Below are positions 26,759 through 31,240 of a stretch of DNA of 31,240 nt, piece after piece (the first letter of the stretch is position 1; each line of letters opens with the position of its first letter). The translations under genes and the position numbers were made by a program. Under the pieces are notes generated by a model. It ran no database searches. It saw only the letters and a list, made by a program, of their open reading frames with translations, and was not told where the DNA came from. Source of the stretch: Leptolyngbyaceae cyanobacterium (lineage in GTDB: Bacteria; Cyanobacteriota; Cyanobacteriia; Phormidesmidales; Phormidesmidaceae); assembly GCA_050331235.1 (NCBI GenBank), contig JBHJHA010000100.1, positions 1-31,240 on the forward strand. Direction: 5' to 3'.

Positions 26759-29452
26759 CTACTGGCCAGCAACTGTCATTTGCTCAATTGAGGATGAATC
26801 GATTGGAGCATCCAGGTCGGTTTCTTCCTCGATTTCAACAATAGGGTTACGCCCTTTAATGAGCTCGATGACACGACTGACTTGCTCCGGGAAAATAACC
26901 ACGAGGGCATCTTCGGGAGCCTTTTCCAACGCAGTCTCGATCGCGGTTAGCTCATCTAACTCAACGGTATAGGGTATCGCTGATTGAGCACCTTCAGTGA
27001 TGCCTTGCACAATCAGCTCGGCGGCCTCACCCACAGGACGCCCGCGACCGTCATCGTCCTCTTTGACAATGATTTGATTAAAAAAGCTAGCGGATAATTT
27101 GCCCAGCCCAATCAAGTCTTCATCGCGACGATCGCCAGGACCACCGACGACGCCAATAGTGGTGCCTGACCACTTTTGCACAAAGCTGCCGACGGCTTCG
27201 TAGCCAGCTAGGTTATGGGCATAGTCAACCAACACGTGATAGTGTCCCATGTTGAAAAGGTTCATCCGGCCAGGGGCCTGCTCTGGCGATGCCTCAAAGG
27301 TGCGCAAAGCTGCTCGAATATACTCAACTTTGATGCCCTGCACGAAAGCAGCTAAGCTAGCGGCCAAAACATTGGCAATCATGAACGATACTCGACCGCC
27401 CAAGGTAACCGGGACCCGACGCACGTCCTCAATCCGGTAAACCCAATCCTGTTGTAAGATAACGAGCTGTCGATCATCGTAAACAGCGGCAATACCGCCC
27501 TGGCGGACATGTTCCTGAATGAGGGGATTTTGCGGATTCATTGAGAAGTAAGCAACTTTGCTGACCGCTTTGTCAGCCATGGCGGCGACGCGCTCATCGT
27601 CAGCATTGAGTACGGCATACCCATCGGCGTGGACAGCCTCGGCAATGACTCCTTTGACCCGAGCCATTTGGTCGATGGTGTCGATATCGCCCAGCCCTAG
27701 GTGATCAGCCGCTACATTTAGCACCACACCTACGTCACACTGTGGAAAAGCGAGTCCGGAGCGCAAGATGCCGCCGCGAGCCGTTTCGAGTACGGCAATT
27801 TCCACAGTGGGATCTTGCAAAATCACCTGGGCACTCTGGGGACCAGTCGTATCCCCTTTTTCAATTAGGCGATCGTTGATGTAGATGCCATCGGTAGTCG
27901 TAAAGCCAACCGCGTTGTAGACCTGCTTAGCGATGTGAGCAATCAAACGGGTCGTAGTCGTTTTACCATTAGTGCCGGTGATGGCCACCACTGGAATGCG
28001 TGTCGGCGTTCCCGGTGGGAACAGCATCTGCAAAATCGGGGCCGCCACATTACGGGCGATGCCGTGACTAGGAGCTAAGTGCATGCGGAGGCCAGGGGCT
28101 GCATTCACCTCGACAATGACGCCATCCGCTTCAGACAGCGGCTTCGAAATGTCGGTGGTGATCACGTCGATGCCCGCAATATCCAAATCGATAATGCGGG
28201 AGACCCGTTCTGCTAGCCACACGGTTTCTGGGTGGATGTCGTCGGTGCGATCTACCGCTGTGCCCCCCGTGCTGAGATTGGCCGTCGCGCGCAGGTAGCC
28301 AATCTCACCGGGGTTGAGCACTGTGTCCAAAGTTAACCCTTGGCGGTCTAACATTTCGTCGGTAGAGGCATCAAGCTGAATTTGGGTCAGCACCTTATCG
28401 TGGCCATTGCCGCGACGGCTATCTTGGTTTTCTCGCTCGACGAGATCCGCGATGGTGTTACGACCATTGCCCACCACGTGAGCGGGTACCCGCTCTGCCA
28501 CCGCCACAACTTGATGGTTGACGACTAAAATGCGGTGATCACGCCCCGCATAGAAGTGTTCAACAATAATCCCTCGGGAAACTTCCTTAGCGAGATCGTA
28601 AGCTGTCTCTGCGGCCTGCCAAGAGCAAATATCTGTGGTGATGCCGCGACCATGATTGCCACCCAAAGGTTTGATGACAATCGGGTAGCCCCCTAGGCGG
28701 TCGATCGCAGATTCGAGCTCATCCAGGGAGTAAATCAGCAAACCAGCAGGAACGGGCGCACCCATATTTTCTAGAATGGCTTTGGTCCGTTCCTTGTCGC
28801 AGGCGAGTTCCACTCCTAATACGTTACTAAACGAAGTCAAAGCGGCCTGTACTCGCTTTTGATACTTGCCGTAACCCAATTGAAAGAGATCGCAATTTTC
28901 AATTTCTATCCAGGGGATGCCGCGGTCTTCGGCTTCGCGAACCAACGCTTCCGTGGTTGCTCCCAATGAGGCTTCGGCCCTTAGGTCTTGGAGATCCCGT
29001 AGATCTATTTCTAACTCCCGCTGAGGATAGCTGCCGGTTTCCACGATGCTTTGGCACAGGCGTACGGCGGCCCGCATTGCATAGCGCCCTGCTGCTTCGT
29101 TCTGGCACTCGATCACCACCTGATAAATTCCAGCAGTGCTGGTTTCGCGGGTTCGGCCAAACCCCACGGGCATATCGGCTAACGTTTGCAACTCGAGGGC
29201 GACATGCTCAACGATATGCCCCATCATTGTGCCTTCACGAACTCGACTCAAGAAGCCGCCGCGACATCCAGGTGAACAAAAATGTTCTTCGAGGCTCGGT
29301 AAGGTTTGTACTAAGGCGTCATAAAAACCGGGTAGCGTATCAGAGGGACTATCCATTAAGTCTTCCAAATCAAGCCGAACAACAATCAGCTTTTGGCGGC
29401 GAATACTCCAGTAGTTGGGGCCGCGGAGCGTTCGAGTTTGAAGAATTTTCAT
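26759..29452 (-). CDS. cphA: Cyanophycin synthetase (CphA1 type)
   Basis: N-domain MKILQTRTLRGPNYWS..HFCS..GHIVEHVALEL, ATP-grasp domain (VIKPLGGNHGRG, EVNAAPGLRMH) and Mur-ligase domain (ITGTNGKTTT, ETARGG, DYAHN); 897 aa. Confidence 0.97.
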   Translation of the reverse strand: MKILQTRTLRGPNYWSIRRQKLIVVRLDLEDLMDSPSDTLPGFYDALVQTLPSLEEHFCSPGCRGGFLSRVREGTMMGHIVEHVALELQTLADMPVGFGRTRETSTAGIYQVVIECQNEAAGRYAMRAAVRLCQSIVETGSYPQRELEIDLRDLQDLRAEASLGATTEALVREAEDRGIPWIEIENCDLFQLGYGKYQKRVQAALTSFSNVLGVELACDKERTKAILENMGAPVPAGLLIYSLDELESAIDRLGGYPIVIKPLGGNHGRGITTDICSWQAAETAYDLAKEVSRGIIVEHFYAGRDHRILVVNHQVVAVAERVPAHVVGNGRNTIADLVERENQDSRRGNGHDKVLTQIQLDASTDEMLDRQGLTLDTVLNPGEIGYLRATANLSTGGTAVDRTDDIHPETVWLAERVSRIIDLDIAGIDVITTDISKPLSEADGVIVEVNAAPGLRMHLAPSHGIARNVAAPILQMLFPPGTPTRIPVVAITGTNGKTTTTRLIAHIAKQVYNAVGFTTTDGIYINDRLIEKGDTTGPQSAQVILQDPTVEIAVLETARGGILRSGLAFPQCDVGVVLNVAADHLGLGDIDTIDQMARVKGVIAEAVHADGYAVLNADDERVAAMADKAVSKVAYFSMNPQNPLIQEHVRQGGIAAVYDDRQLVILQQDWVYRIEDVRRVPVTLGGRVSFMIANVLAASLAAFVQGIKVEYIRAALRTFEASPEQAPGRMNLFNMGHYHVLVDYAHNLAGYEAVGSFVQKWSGTTIGVVGGPGDRRDEDLIGLGKLSASFFNQIIVKEDDDGRGRPVGEAAELIVQGITEGAQSAIPYTVELDELTAIETALEKAPEDALVVIFPEQVSRVIELIKGRNPIVEIEEETDLDAPIDSSSIEQMTVAGQ

Positions 29453-29769
29453 AGTCAGATAAAGGAGTTGACTCAGGTTTTAACGGAATAGTGTTGTTAG
29501 TACAGTTTTTGAATTTCTAACAGAAGAAGCTAGTCAAATCTTCCCTCAAAGGATGGGAGTTGCGCAGCATAGAGCGGTTGATACTGACGATTAGTTAATA
29601 CATTCAGCTTACGCGCACCGGGGAATTAATTTATGGATTCTATTGAACAGTTTTGAACCCGACGGTTGATTTTTTGATATTGCTCCTGAAAGAGAATCAA
29701 TCCAAAAATCTTTATTGTGAATGACTCACTCAACCCTGGAATGGGATCATTAGAAGTTGAGAAGTAACT

Positions 29770-29783
29770 GTAGTAGATAATAC
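29770..29783. promoter_or_regulatory. NtcA-consensus site in the cphB-cphA spacer
   Basis: GTA-GTAGATAA-TAC matches GTA-N8-TAC. I found no perfect TAN3T -10 box 22 nt downstream. Confidence 0.45.
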
Positions 29784-29933
29784 CAATCGGGTTGCGTTAG
29801 GGAAGAATGTCTTTGTTATCAGTCTATGACATTTGCCTGATTGTCTTTGTCCTAAAGCTAACTTTGTGTATTGGAAACAGCTTTGATAGTTTGAAGCCTT
29901 TAGCGGCCGCGCAGTTATGAAATAGTAGGCGGC

Positions 29934-30767
29934 TTAGAACCTAGACACCATTTCTAAACTGGGTAAAAGAACTGACCGCTTTTTATAGTTGTAGAAATCT
30001 CCTGCACTCAAGATGTGGACTCGGAGATTATGTAGGCTCAATGGGGTCGTCACATCAGAAAAACGATGGTTGGTATAGGTGAGCTCACCGGCATCAATCA
30101 CGGTAATCGTTCCTTTGCCAATGACTTCAAAAGTTCCGTCCGTTTTAAATGCTGCACAGGTATCTTCATCGATGCCGATACCGAGCTTGTCAGGATAGGC
30201 CGCGATCGCGCTTACCAAGCGAGCCATCCGATTACGATTCTGAAAATGTTGATCAACAAGTAGCTCTGGGATGAGACCGAGACCATCCATTAGATCTACG
30301 AGGGAACGATTGGGAGACTCACCACTACTGCCACCTGAAATCATTCGTTCACCCATGACGGCGGCACCCGCACTAGTACCGGCTAGCACCAGCGACCCCA
30401 TCAAGCGCCGCCGCTTAATCTGTGAGATAAAGACACTGTCGTGAATTAAGTTGAAGAGACGCACTTGATCTCCCCCAGAGAGAAAGATGCCAGTGCAGTC
30501 ATTCAACAAATCTAACCAGCGGGGCTGGTCACATTCGCCTGACTGACGAATGTCAAGGACATGGACGGCTCTGGCGCCCAAATCAGTAAAGATGCGGTGA
30601 TAACGAGCACCGACTACTCCCGGCTCTTGAGACGCGCAGGGAACAATTCCAATAGTGGCCTCTTTCCCACCGGCACTTTCAAAAAAAGCGTTCAAAATAG
30701 CCCGCGTGCCGACCTTGTCTTCTGCCCCTCCAATCACAATGACGGGGTATTGGGTCGGATCTGCCAT
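29934..30767 (-). CDS. cphB: Cyanophycinase
   Basis: IGGAEDK, SGGDQ, catalytic Ser in GTSAGA, DQHFQNRNRMARL and GIGIDEDT. Likely start ATG 30767 (30809 also possible). Confidence 0.95.
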   Translation of the reverse strand: MADPTQYPVIVIGGAEDKVGTRAILNAFFESAGGKEATIGIVPCASQEPGVVGARYHRIFTDLGARAVHVLDIRQSGECDQPRWLDLLNDCTGIFLSGGDQVRLFNLIHDSVFISQIKRRRLMGSLVLAGTSAGAAVMGERMISGGSSGESPNRSLVDLMDGLGLIPELLVDQHFQNRNRMARLVSAIAAYPDKLGIGIDEDTCAAFKTDGTFEVIGKGTITVIDAGELTYTNHRFSDVTTPLSLHNLRVHILSAGDFYNYKKRSVLLPSLEMVSRF

Positions 30768-30989
30768 AACGGATTTTAAGAGAGTCGAACTACAAACAGG
30801 GAAGGACATGCAAAAAATGCATTTATAAACAATAGCTTAAATATTTGCAAGGTCAACAACAATATTTTTCCCGCGCTACTGGGCTAGGCGATCTTAGAGC
30901 TTTTAAAGCTGTGTTTCAATTCTTCATGATGCATATTGCCAGCTCCGAGTCATATTCCCTGAGTCATGTCAATGTGCAATGAGCTGACT

Positions 30990-31003
30990 GTACACATTTG
31001 TAC
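30990..31003. promoter_or_regulatory. NtcA-consensus site upstream of cphB
   Basis: (T)GTA-CACATTTG-TAC matches GTA-N8-TAC, about 220 bp upstream of cphB. Confidence 0.5.
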
Positions 31004-31240
31004 TGATTGACTCTGCCCTGATCGCCACCGATGTAGCGGTTATGTGAATATTCGGTGGAGGGAAGATACCCTCTTGTGCAGGGTTGATTCATTGTAAGAA
31101 ACGGAAAATTGGCTCTACCTGATTGGCAAGCTCTCGTAGAGCGGAAGTGAGCGAATTGAATCCATTCAATCGAAGCAAGTTAATCGTAATGGACCGAAAC
31201 AGCGACGCATTGAGCAAAGCATTCGAGTCTCGACCATAGG

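Noticed and set aside
28957..29454. 165-aa plus-strand ORF
   Set aside because: Antisense shadow of cphA.

Overview
Chromosomal window from a cyanobacterium. Evidence: very frequent HIP1 octamer GCGATCGC, heme oxygenase, cphB-cphA and a TrxC-type thioredoxin; a filamentous Leptolyngbya-like lineage is my inference. Most genes are housekeeping or metabolic. From left to right: a frameshifted IS630-family transposase remnant, an Fe-S aldo/keto reductase, a DUF151 nuclease, riboflavin synthase, an isoaspartyl peptidase/asparaginase, a transglutaminase-domain protein, DUF445, a four-gene sugar/glucoside ABC transporter, a cysteine desulfurase-like PLP enzyme, purB, ribD, trxC, a phosphoribosyltransferase, a GPH-family symporter, ho1, cphA and cphB. 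The most notable locus is a two-gene operon (17674..20464, minus strand). It couples a divergent, N-terminally extended sedoheptulose-7-phosphate cyclase (DDGS/MysA-like) to a DxD-bearing glycosyltransferase-like gene, without the mysB/mysC genes of the usual mycosporine cluster; it is a candidate pathway for a modified or glycosylated cyclitol. Other observations are an unlisted 33-aa membrane sORF, NtcA-consensus sites in front of cphB and cphA, and several inverted-repeat-bounded intergenic segments. I recognised no tRNA, rRNA or CRISPR array. All family calls come from motif recognition, not database searches.
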